A DNA stretch of 55,285 nt, from the NCBI GenBank assembly GCA_964498035.1, contig CAZCFW010000001.1:1-55285 (forward strand), written 5' to 3'. The stretch comes from an uncultured Candidatus Saccharibacteria bacterium. GTDB taxonomy: Bacteria; Patescibacteriota; Minisyncoccia; Phycocordibacterales; UBA9973. Under the pieces are notes generated by a model. It had not been told where the DNA came from. It searched no databases and saw nothing but the letters and a program-made list of their open reading frames with translations. A program made the translations under genes and the position numbers. Below, piece by piece: positions 15,949-23,959 of this stretch (position 1 is the first letter of the stretch; each line of letters starts with the position of its first letter).

Positions 15949-17196
15949 ATGGAAAATAAAGAAGCACAATATGACGTGATAGTTATCGGTGGTGGAGCTT
16001 CTGGCATGATGGCAGCGGCTGTAGCTAGTAAGGAGAAGAAGACAGTGCTCGTGATCGAGAAGAACTACATGCTCGGTGCGAAGCTACGGATTACAGGCGG
16101 AGGCAGGTGCAATATCACAAATGATGAGGACGACATAAGAGTCTTTATGAAATACTACGGGAAGGCTGAGCCATTCCTTTATTCTGCATTTTCAGAATTT
16201 GATAAGAATGCAACTTTTAAATATTTCGAAGAGCGAGGCTTGCCACTTGTGGTGCAAGCTAGGAAGCGCGCATTCCCGCACACTGAGCGCGCAGAAGATG
16301 TGTGCCAAGTGATGGAAAAGGATTTGAATAATGCATATGTAAAAATCAAATTAAATACTCGCGTAGAAAAGATTCTCCATGATGGCAAGAAGATCACAGG
16401 AATACTCACAAATAAAGGTAGCTTTACCGCCGGCTCATACATACTCGCAACTGGCGGGCTCTCACACCCTGAGACTGGCGCAACTCGTGATGGCTTCGAT
16501 TTCATGAAAGACTTAGGTCACACAGTAAAGGAGCCTACGCCTAGTATCGTGCCACTAGAAGTAGCTGACCGCTGGGTGCACACACTTGCTGGAGTTTCGC
16601 TCTCGTTTATGAAGATTACTTTCTTCCTTGAGGACAAGAAAGCATTTTCTAAAACTGGGAAAGTTCTCTTCACACACTTCGGACTCTCAGGTCCGCTCAT
16701 ACTAAACAGCGCAAGCAAAGTTTCCGACTTGCTCCAGAACGGCAAAGTGACTGCAACTATAGATGCATACCCAGATACAAATCATGGTTCACTTGAGACG
16801 CAGATAATAAAAGTTTTCGACGCGAATAAAAATAAAATTCTTCGCACGGTATTTAAAGAGATCGTGCCTGAAGGCACAGCGAAAGCTATCGAGATGATAC
16901 TTCCGGAAATTGATTTCGAGACGAAGGTGCATTCAGTGACGAAAGAGCAAAGAAAGATAATTGTGCACTTGCTCAAGAAACTGCCAGTCCATATTACAAA
17001 CCTAATGGGCTACGATAGAGCTGTGGTGGCAGATGGGGGAGTGGAACTCACTGAAATGGACATGAAGACCATGCGCTCCAAAATAATCAATAATCTATTC
17101 ATCACCGGCGACCTCCTCAACATCAACCGCCCTTCAGGCGGCTACGGCCTCCAGCTCTGCTGGACTACGGGCTATATCGCCGGCAAAAACGCGTAA
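15949..17196 (+). CDS. HI0933/BaiN-family NAD(P)/FAD-dependent oxidoreductase
   Basis: YDVIVIGGGASGMMAA dinucleotide-binding motif, GGGRCNITN, and C-terminal GGY.LQ..W.TGY.AG motif. ATG 15949 lies 1 nt after the upstream stop. Confidence 0.85.
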   Translation: MENKEAQYDVIVIGGGASGMMAAAVASKEKKTVLVIEKNYMLGAKLRITGGGRCNITNDEDDIRVFMKYYGKAEPFLYSAFSEFDKNATFKYFEERGLPLVVQARKRAFPHTERAEDVCQVMEKDLNNAYVKIKLNTRVEKILHDGKKITGILTNKGSFTAGSYILATGGLSHPETGATRDGFDFMKDLGHTVKEPTPSIVPLEVADRWVHTLAGVSLSFMKITFFLEDKKAFSKTGKVLFTHFGLSGPLILNSASKVSDLLQNGKVTATIDAYPDTNHGSLETQIIKVFDANKNKILRTVFKEIVPEGTAKAIEMILPEIDFETKVHSVTKEQRKIIVHLLKKLPVHITNLMGYDRAVVADGGVELTEMDMKTMRSKIINNLFITGDLLNINRPSGGYGLQLCWTTGYIAGKNA

Positions 17197-17205
17197 AATC
17201 TAATA

Positions 17206-17235
17206 TTGACAATACGTATTACGGTGTGCTATAAT
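17206..17235 (+). promoter_or_regulatory. Near-consensus promoter TTGACA-18-TGcTATAAT
   Basis: Perfect -35 and an extended, perfect -10. The predicted start is near 17242, and no ORF follows before the terminator at 17278-17336. Confidence 0.55.
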
Positions 17236-17277
17236 ATTACATATATTTAGTTCTTCGCCATGTATATTTTAGGGTAG

Positions 17278-17336
17278 TAAATTAGTTTTCTTTGTTTCTT
17301 TTTAAAGGAAATAGAGAAAACTAATTTATTTTTTTT
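17278..17336 (+). terminator. Strong rho-independent terminator
   Basis: 14-bp stem TAAATTAGTTTTCT/AGAAAACTAATTTA with an inner helix, followed by a T8 run. Confidence 0.75.
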
Positions 17337-17360
17337 AAACCCTTTAATTATTATACTATC

Positions 17361-17981
17361 ATGTTTGTAACTTCAATTTATGGAGGCTATGCTTCCGACA
17401 AAACTTGGTTTAAGGCCATTGCAGAATCATTAATTCTAAAGCTCATTCAGTGGGAAATAGAGATTTCAAAAAGTGGTTCTCAAGGTGGATATCTTTCTAT
17501 TTTTGAGGCAGATCCTTATGGAGATCCAAAATTGACTGAACTTATTGGTTGTGGTAGTTTTCCGAAAGAAAAATATGGAATTTATATGTATAATTCTATA
17601 GAGAAAGCTTTTCGCCTCAATCACAATCTCGATCAAGTTAGTGCGGTTTCATCTCAACATACAACATCACGTCAAAGTGCAAATAAAAATTCGGAAGAAT
17701 ATCCTGGTGCTGTATATTTTGACGATTCTAGTAAAATGATTTTTTCATTTTCTGGGCTTGGATCTGAATGGGATGAATTTATTTCAGTGTGTATTAGTGT
17801 ATTTCATTCTTATTTAGTTCACAAAAGAGCATATCCAGTTTATTTAACACTTGAAGATCTTCATGATATTTATTCAAGAAGGTCAAAAAGTATTACTGCT
17901 ACTGGAGATCAAAAAGCTCAAATGCTTGGTGCGATGGATGAAATAATCAAGGAACAAATTGCTCTTAGAGACAAAAAGTAG
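17361..17981 (+). CDS. Hypothetical protein (206 aa)
   Basis: Long ORF with a TATTAT box 6 nt upstream of the ATG. I could not assign a domain. Any resemblance of ...YPGAVYFDDSSKMIFSFSGLGSEWDE to GlcG/DUF336 is weak. Confidence 0.5.
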   Translation: MFVTSIYGGYASDKTWFKAIAESLILKLIQWEIEISKSGSQGGYLSIFEADPYGDPKLTELIGCGSFPKEKYGIYMYNSIEKAFRLNHNLDQVSAVSSQHTTSRQSANKNSEEYPGAVYFDDSSKMIFSFSGLGSEWDEFISVCISVFHSYLVHKRAYPVYLTLEDLHDIYSRRSKSITATGDQKAQMLGAMDEIIKEQIALRDKK

Positions 17982-17996
17982 CCGCTTAAAATTAAA

Positions 17997-18040
17997 AGAA
18001 CCCCTATAACGAACCCCGTTCGTATAGGGGTTTGTTATTT
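17997..18040 (+). terminator. Rho-independent terminator
   Basis: CCCCTATA-ACGAAC-CCC-GTTCGT-ATAGGGG hairpin followed by TTTGTTATTT. Confidence 0.65.
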
Positions 18041-18078
18041 ACAGAATAGATATTTTGTAGCCTAACACTTATCCACAG

Positions 18079-18107
18079 TTGCATGTGTACGAGCGTTCAC
18101 ATATAAT
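18079..18107 (+). promoter_or_regulatory. Promoter TTGCAT-17-TATAAT of the SOS-type operon
   Basis: Good -35, 17-nt spacer and perfect -10. Confidence 0.6.
18083..18102. promoter_or_regulatory. Putative LexA operator, 20-nt imperfect palindrome ATGTGTAC-GAGC-GTTCACAT
   Basis: 8-N4-8 inverted repeat with 7 of 8 positions matching. Its core GTAC-N4-GTTC is one mismatch from the GAAC-N4-GTTC Cheo-type box. It fills the promoter spacer. Confidence 0.5.
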
Positions 18108-18148
18108 ATGTATACGGTCGCTTTAATAAATAAATCAATTATAAACAT

Positions 18149-18346
18149 ATGACAAGAGAACAATACATTAAAATTTTACAAAGAGAGCTAGATAGATTAA
18201 ATAAGCAGATTGATTTAAAGATTATGGCCGGAGCTGATTATTCTAAAGAATCTAAAGAGCACAAGATAGTAATAAGAAAGATAGAGCTGCATCAGAGAAA
18301 GACATTCTTCAATCAATTATTTTCATCACTTACACTTCAGTTCTAA
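18149..18346 (+). CDS. Hypothetical small protein (65 aa), first gene of the LexA operon
   Basis: Charged helical N-terminal part and hydrophobic C-terminal FFNQLFSSLTLQF. Lies 22 nt upstream of lexA. Confidence 0.45.
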   Translation: MTREQYIKILQRELDRLNKQIDLKIMAGADYSKESKEHKIVIRKIELHQRKTFFNQLFSSLTLQF

Positions 18347-18368
18347 TCTAAGACGTATTTAAAATTAT

Positions 18369-18938
18369 ATGACTCAAAATGAATACAAAAATAAATTAAG
18401 TTCGTTTTATGGATCTCATAACCGAATGCCCACATACACAGAGATGATGCGCCTCTTTGGCTTCAAGAGTAAGAATTCTGTATCAAGACTCGTGGAGAAG
18501 CTCATGGATGCCGGCTTTATCGATAAGGACCCACTAGGAAGGCTTATACCGACGAATATGATGAGTGAAGTGCCGCTCCTTGGGCTTGTGAAGGCTGGAT
18601 TCCCATCACCAAGTGAAGACGTGCTTGAGACTACAATAAACTTAAACAATTATTTAATCCGCAAAAAGGATTCCACATACATACTCGAAGTTGATGGAGA
18701 TTCAATGATAGACGCACACATAGCCGATGGCGACATGGTCATCGCTGAGCGCACAAATACTGCACGCGATGGTGAGATTGTGATTGCAGAAGTAGATGGT
18801 GAATACACAATGAAATATTTTCGTAAGGAGGGAAGTAAAGTCTGGCTAGAACCTGCCAATAAGGACTTCCACAATATCTATCCAGAGAATGACCTACAGA
18901 TTAAAGCAATCGTTAAAGGTGTAATTCGTAAATACTAA
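18369..18938 (+). CDS. lexA: LexA-like repressor (wHTH + S24 peptidase domain)
   Basis: N-terminal PTYTEMMRLFGFKSKNSVSRLVEKLMDAGFI is a LexA-type wHTH. An Ala-Gly site (VKAGF), GDSM (Ser) and TMKYF (Lys) complete the autocleavage apparatus. Confidence 0.8.
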   Translation: MTQNEYKNKLSSFYGSHNRMPTYTEMMRLFGFKSKNSVSRLVEKLMDAGFIDKDPLGRLIPTNMMSEVPLLGLVKAGFPSPSEDVLETTINLNNYLIRKKDSTYILEVDGDSMIDAHIADGDMVIAERTNTARDGEIVIAEVDGEYTMKYFRKEGSKVWLEPANKDFHNIYPENDLQIKAIVKGVIRKY

Positions 18939-18939
18939 G

Positions 18940-19200
18940 ATGAGAGACTTAAGTGATGTAAACCTCGATGATTACCTCATAAATAATAAAGATGCGAGTT
19001 TCATTTTGCAGATTCGTAGTGATAGCTATAAGGATATGAATGTCCTTCATAATGATCTAGCTATCGTGGAGCGCGCCACAAATGCAAAAGATGGAGAAAT
19101 TATTTTGGTCCCTAAGGATGGTGCATGGATTCTCAAATATAAAACATTTAATGATTTGAATTACAGTGCAAAGCTAAGAGGAATTATCAGAGAATATTAA
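18940..19200 (+). CDS. Truncated S24-peptidase (UmuD'-like) protein, 86 aa
   Basis: Aligns by eye to LexA residues ~84-189 of the upstream gene (VNLDDYLINNKDASFILQIRSDSY vs INLNNYLIRKKDSTYILEVDGDSM). Ser and Lys equivalents are retained. There is no HTH and no Ala-Gly cleavage loop. Confidence 0.6.
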   Translation: MRDLSDVNLDDYLINNKDASFILQIRSDSYKDMNVLHNDLAIVERATNAKDGEIILVPKDGAWILKYKTFNDLNYSAKLRGIIREY

Positions 19201-19202
19201 AT

Positions 19203-20459
19203 ATGAAAGAGAAAATTCTACATGTAGATGGTGATGCGTTTTTCGCCGCGTGTGAGATGGCGAGATTTCCAATGCTTTGGAATAAGCCACTTGTGGTGGG
19301 CCATAGCATCGCATCTGCCATGAGCTACGAGGCTAAGAAGCTCGGTGTGCATAGAGCCATGCCTATCTTTGAGGTGAAGAAAACTTTCCCGCATATGGCT
19401 GTAATCGGCACGCATTTTGAGCTGTATCATATGTATGGCGATAAGCTTTCAAGCGTCTTATCGCGCTATACAGACAGAATCGAGCGCTACAGTGTGGATG
19501 AATGCTTCGCAATACTTACTGAATCTGAAATGAATAAATACGGAACCTGGGAGAACTTTCTTCTTACCATAAAGAATGATGTGCAAAGTACTCTAGGGAT
19601 TACATTTTCTTTCGGCTTAGCAGATACAAAGGTACTTGCGAAAGTCGCTTCGAAATTTGAGAAGCCAAATGGTCTTACTTATATATCCGAAAGTAATCGC
19701 GAGAAAGTACTAAAGAAAGTGCCGATTGAGAATATCTGGGGTGTGGGCCGAGCAACTGCCAAGAATTTGCAAAAGATGGGTGTGAAGAATGCGTATCAGT
19801 TCGTAAAATTAAGTGAGTCTTATGTGGACACATATTTCCATAAACCGTTAGCCGAACTTTGGCATGAACTTTGCGGACGAAGGATTATGAATCTGTCGGA
19901 CAGTCTGGAAATTGATTTAGCGAAATCATTTCAATCAATGCGCACGTTTAAACCTGCGACGGATAATAAAATTTTTATTGCATCAGAACTTTCAAACAAT
20001 GTAGAAATAGTTTGCGCACGAATGCGCGAGTCGGACCTCGTTACCAAGAATATTTCAATTGTACTTAAACAAGGAGAATATAATTTATCTCAAATTGAGG
20101 TCGTAATGCCGAATTATACAAACAGCCCAAGTGACATACTAAACTACCTCGAAAGTTCGTTTGATAAGCTGTTTGTGGGTGGTGCTAAGTACCGCCAGAC
20201 TGGCTTTGTGGCCGCAAATCTCAAGCCTAGGGCTCATATTCAGAATGATCTATTCAATGTCCAAAACAACATATTAGAAAATAGTAGGGGATACATGTCA
20301 ATTGTTGATGTAATTCATAATAAATTTGGAAATAGTTCGATTGGATTATTGTCCAGCTTAAATGCAGTAAATCGAATGAATGATAAAACGCTCGTGGATG
20401 AGGGTAAAGACCCATATATTTGGAATCTTCCATTGCCTTATCTTGGAGAGATATATTAG
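19203..20459 (+). CDS. Y-family (UmuC-like) translesion DNA polymerase
   Basis: HVDGDAFFAACE..RFP.LWNKPLVV, FELYHMYGDKL and ERYSVDECF motifs parallel the UmuC N-terminus. Confidence 0.85.
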   Translation: MKEKILHVDGDAFFAACEMARFPMLWNKPLVVGHSIASAMSYEAKKLGVHRAMPIFEVKKTFPHMAVIGTHFELYHMYGDKLSSVLSRYTDRIERYSVDECFAILTESEMNKYGTWENFLLTIKNDVQSTLGITFSFGLADTKVLAKVASKFEKPNGLTYISESNREKVLKKVPIENIWGVGRATAKNLQKMGVKNAYQFVKLSESYVDTYFHKPLAELWHELCGRRIMNLSDSLEIDLAKSFQSMRTFKPATDNKIFIASELSNNVEIVCARMRESDLVTKNISIVLKQGEYNLSQIEVVMPNYTNSPSDILNYLESSFDKLFVGGAKYRQTGFVAANLKPRAHIQNDLFNVQNNILENSRGYMSIVDVIHNKFGNSSIGLLSSLNAVNRMNDKTLVDEGKDPYIWNLPLPYLGEIY

Positions 20460-20474
20460 CATCCGTTGTAAAAG

Positions 20475-20513
20475 AAAAATGTACGACGCTTTAACAAGCG
20501 ATCGTACATTTTT
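20475..20513 (+). terminator. Rho-independent terminator
   Basis: ATGTACGA-CGCTT-TAAC-AAGCG-A-TCGTACAT hairpin followed by TTTT. Confidence 0.7.
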
Positions 20514-20623
20514 GTCATCTTTTACTACATTGCTAATGCAATGTCGTAAAAGATATATTGTGCGACACTACCATATAAAATAAGGCTATTACGAAAAGGC
20601 TCGATTTAGACCCACCCCTATCA

Positions 20624-21556
20624 TTATGTATTGCTTTGGACGCAGGAGTTGAAAGCGCGCACCTCATCATTGTAATTAGTAATACTACTTTTTATTTGAG
20701 ACACTAATTTATTGTATTCAATAACTCCACTATTGTATTTAGAAATTTGATCTTGGGCGCTTGAGCCAATACCCACTTCCCCGCTATCGATGATACTTTT
20801 TTGAGCCTCTAAATCTTTTTGAATTTTATCTGCATTTTTCTGTAAAGTATTAATTTTTTCTTTAAGAGTATTATCAATTATTGGGCATGCGTCCTTGGGC
20901 AGTCCGAAATGCTGAACAATGATCCAGGTTTCCTTGCCTTCAAACAAGCCTTTACCCACAGCTATTCCGATTTCTGTATATTTGGTATTTAAGATATTGG
21001 CACGGTGCCCAGGACTATTCATCCAAGCATTTACTACAGCATCACCGTTTCTGAAATTACCAAGCGCAAGGTTTTCTCCGATGATTATGTACTCGTAACT
21101 TTGTGCATTTGCAAGATCATTCACACCAACACCTTTTGGTGATATGTGCTCAAAATACTGATTATCAAACATGTCCTCTACTTTTTTCTCAGCCATCATG
21201 TTTAACTTAGCATTCTCTTTAAGTGCAGGTAAGTGCGCGACTTCTTCTCTGTTGAGGTTTGTAATATAAATTATGTTTGCTCTTGCAAGCCTGCCTTCCT
21301 TGGCTATTGGGTTTGTGACTCTAAGTGCTCCTGGAGTGTCAATCAAGGTTTCCACCCCAGTACTTATCGAAGTCTTCTCATTAATGATATCTTTAAGTAG
21401 AGTTTTGTCGGTAGATTTTACTTGCCCTGTGATTTCAGAGTACTTATGTACTATAAGATCATTAATGTACCCGTATGCTTTTACAGCATCATTACGAAAA
21501 ATAAATAATGAAATAAGTATCAATATTAAAATTGTGAATTTAATTTTCTGTTTCAT
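20624..21556 (-). CDS. CAP (SCP/PR1-like) domain protein with signal anchor and coiled-coil C-terminal region
   Basis: GENLALG......VVNAWMNSPGHRANIL...YTEIGIAV...WIIVQHFG is the CAP domain signature. ATG 21556 lies 1 nt after the upstream stop. Confidence 0.7.
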   Translation of the reverse strand: MKQKIKFTILILILISLFIFRNDAVKAYGYINDLIVHKYSEITGQVKSTDKTLLKDIINEKTSISTGVETLIDTPGALRVTNPIAKEGRLARANIIYITNLNREEVAHLPALKENAKLNMMAEKKVEDMFDNQYFEHISPKGVGVNDLANAQSYEYIIIGENLALGNFRNGDAVVNAWMNSPGHRANILNTKYTEIGIAVGKGLFEGKETWIIVQHFGLPKDACPIIDNTLKEKINTLQKNADKIQKDLEAQKSIIDSGEVGIGSSAQDQISKYNSGVIEYNKLVSQIKSSITNYNDEVRAFNSCVQSNT

Positions 21557-21557
21557 T

Positions 21558-21941
21558 TTAATTATTACATGCCGCAGCAAGTATGTATCCTTCATCTATT
21601 GCTTCCTGCTCTGTATTGAAGTAGATCTTATTCTTTTCACTTAACCTACTTGCTCCACTACAGCCCACTGTATAGTATAGCTTACCATTTTTTGAGGCTA
21701 CATAGTTACCATTAACTGCTAAATTCGTAATATTTTGAGTGTTTAGGCTACTTTTAGCCTTACTAGTATCCATATTTGTGATAATCTTTACATTTTCGTG
21801 TTTTGTGGTATTGTTGTTGGAAATTCTACCCAAAAAGAAGGACCCTATACCAACTAAGGCTATAATAACTGAAATAGGAAGGATATTCGGACTATCCTGG
21901 TGGACCCCCTTGATTTTATTCCAGATATCCTGTATACTCAT
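21558..21941 (-). CDS. Membrane-anchored protein with C-terminal Cys-containing domain (YVASKNGKLYYTVGC...GY)
   Basis: One TM segment (ILPISVIIALVGIGSFFLG). The C-terminal motif resembles the small metal-binding domain sometimes annotated as 'sunset' or Ada-like. TATAAT lies 8 nt upstream of the ATG. Confidence 0.5.
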   Translation of the reverse strand: MSIQDIWNKIKGVHQDSPNILPISVIIALVGIGSFFLGRISNNNTTKHENVKIITNMDTSKAKSSLNTQNITNLAVNGNYVASKNGKLYYTVGCSGASRLSEKNKIYFNTEQEAIDEGYILAAACNN

Positions 21942-21981
21942 ACAAGTTAATTATAAGATATTTAATTGAAATTTACTACAT

Positions 21982-22254
21982 ATGGCACATAGGAAAGCCG
22001 GCGGTACCGCCCGAAATTTAAAAGACTCAAATCCAAAGTACTTAGGTACGAAGCTTTATGCTGGTGAAAAGGCACAAGCTGGATCTATTATTATCCGTCA
22101 ACGCGGTACAGTAATACTTCCTGGTACAAACACAAAGCTTGGTAAAGATCACACTATCTTCTCTCTAGTTGAAGGTACAATCAAGTTTGGTACAAAAAGA
22201 AAGACAAACTTCAATGGCACTACATCAGTAAAGAAAGTTGTTCACGTAATATAA
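21982..22254 (+). CDS. rpmA: 50S ribosomal protein L27
   Basis: [23 protein letters not shown]...G......[10 protein letters not shown] is canonical L27. Confidence 0.95.
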   Translation: MAHRKAGGTARNLKDSNPKYLGTKLYAGEKAQAGSIIIRQRGTVILPGTNTKLGKDHTIFSLVEGTIKFGTKRKTNFNGTTSVKKVVHVI

Positions 22255-22265
22255 TACTTAAAAAT

Positions 22266-22297
22266 AAAACCCTCCATTTGGAGGGTTTTATTTTTTA
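22266..22297. terminator. Bidirectional terminator between rpmA and rplI
   Basis: AAAACCCTCC-ATTT-GGAGGGTTTT followed by ATTTTTT. Confidence 0.75.
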
Positions 22298-22735
22298 TTC
22301 TTTAATTACTGTTACTTTACAGGAGCCACTATTGTTACCTTTTTTTATTGTGACAGTATGTTCACCTAGTTCTTTTATATGCCCTAAGTCCACATCCTTT
22401 TCTTCTATATGCATTCCTGTAGCCTTTGAGAGTGCTTCCACGACTGACTTTTTGTTGAGCGCTGAGAACAAGTGACCCTTCTCATTTGCTTTTGCTTTTA
22501 GAGTAATCTCAATACCTTTAGCTTTCTCGATAAGTAGATTGAATTCCTCTTTTTCCATTTCTTTCAACTTATTATTCTTTGCTTTCATTTCATCAATCTT
22601 TGCAAGTTCAGCAGCCGTAGCACGGATAGCAAGGCCCTTATTTATGAGCACATTGTTTGCATAGCCATCTGAAAATTCTTTTACATCGTATCTATTCCCT
22701 ACCTTAGGCACATCTTTTAAAAATATTACTTTCAT
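22295..22735 (-). CDS. rplI: 50S ribosomal protein L9
   Basis: MKVIFLKDV.KVGNRYDVKEFSDGYANN.LI.KGLA is the canonical L9 N-terminus. Confidence 0.9.
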   Translation of the reverse strand: MKVIFLKDVPKVGNRYDVKEFSDGYANNVLINKGLAIRATAAELAKIDEMKAKNNKLKEMEKEEFNLLIEKAKGIEITLKAKANEKGHLFSALNKKSVVEALSKATGMHIEEKDVDLGHIKELGEHTVTIKKGNNSGSCKVTVIKE

Positions 22736-22744
22736 ATTGTATAT

Positions 22745-23956
22745 TTATTTGGCTAATAATATTTCCACTGCTTTATTAAGCTGAGTGTCGTGATCCTTAT
22801 CATCATTCTTACCTACCTTCACAACTACGTCTGGTGTGAGACCTTTCTCAGAGATAGATATTCCGTTTGGAGTGAGCCATTTTGCCACTGTGACCTTAAG
22901 AGATGTGTCGTCTGTAATAGGCACTACTTCTTGTACAGAACCTTTACCAAAAGTTTGATCTCCAACTAGTGTGCCAACATGATGGTCTTGAAGTGCTCCC
23001 GCGAGAATCTCTGAAGCAGATGCAGATCCACCATCTACCAATACTACTAATTTGAGTTTGTCTGTAAACAATTGAGGTCCTCGACTACGATATGTATTCT
23101 CCTTTTCTCTTCCACCGAAGTCTTCTTTAACGATTACTAATCCTTGATCCAAGAACCAGCTACTGATTTGCACAGCTTCATCTAAGTATCCTCCAGGATT
23201 ACCACGCAAATCGATAACTAACTTATCCTTTTTAGAATCAAAAAACTTTTGAAGTGCATCTCTAAATAATCCTGATGAATTTTTCGAAAAGCTATAGAAT
23301 TCAATAACAAAAACTCCATTGTCTAACTCTTTAGTCTTAATGGTAGGTATTTGAATTGTATCTCTTTGGATACTGATTTCTCTTGTAGTCTTCTCACCTG
23401 CTCTATATATAGTAAGTATTACAGATGTACCCTCCACTCCTCGAATAAGATTGAGTGCAGAATCCACAGTAAGATCTCCAGTATCTACCTTGTCAATTTT
23501 CACAATCTTGTCTCCGGATTTGATACCTGCTCTTTCGGCGGGGCTATCTTTAAGTGGCGCAATCACAGTGAGAATCTGGTCCTTCATACCGATTTCAGCG
23601 CCAATTCCACCAAATGAACCTTTAATACTGTCACTAAAAAGTTTATTTTGCTCAGGCTTGAAGAATACAGTATATGGGTCGCCAAGTGAGCTTGCAAGAC
23701 CTTCCGTTGCTCCCCAAACTTTGTCTTGCGCAGTAACCTTCTTGGTGTATATTGATTTTTCATTTATAGCATTCCAAACTTTCCAAAATGGTTCGAAATC
23801 TGCACTTGAAGTAATGTCTGAATCTTTATTTGATAAATCCACAACCTTATCTATTTCTGGACGATGTGAAAAGCCAGTGTACGCACCTGCAAGGAATAGA
23901 AAAATTCCAATAATGAGTGAAAAAAATATGGTACCAATTTTTTGAAATTTTGTCAT
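22745..23956 (-). CDS. S41 family C-terminal processing peptidase
   Basis: GGIGAEIG with a PDZ region (SPAERAGIKSGDKIVKID), LRGNPGGYLD, and ASASEILAGALQD (catalytic Ser context). Confidence 0.9.
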   Translation of the reverse strand: MTKFQKIGTIFFSLIIGIFLFLAGAYTGFSHRPEIDKVVDLSNKDSDITSSADFEPFWKVWNAINEKSIYTKKVTAQDKVWGATEGLASSLGDPYTVFFKPEQNKLFSDSIKGSFGGIGAEIGMKDQILTVIAPLKDSPAERAGIKSGDKIVKIDKVDTGDLTVDSALNLIRGVEGTSVILTIYRAGEKTTREISIQRDTIQIPTIKTKELDNGVFVIEFYSFSKNSSGLFRDALQKFFDSKKDKLVIDLRGNPGGYLDEAVQISSWFLDQGLVIVKEDFGGREKENTYRSRGPQLFTDKLKLVVLVDGGSASASEILAGALQDHHVGTLVGDQTFGKGSVQEVVPITDDTSLKVTVAKWLTPNGISISEKGLTPDVVVKVGKNDDKDHDTQLNKAVEILLAK

Positions 23957-23959
23957 AAA

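Noticed and set aside
17997-18040. CGAAC-CCC-GTTCG inside the terminator hairpin as a second LexA (Cheo-type) box
   Set aside because: The spacing is N3 rather than N4. The sequence is the inner stem of a terminator about 85 nt upstream of the promoter, so it is more simply explained as hairpin structure.
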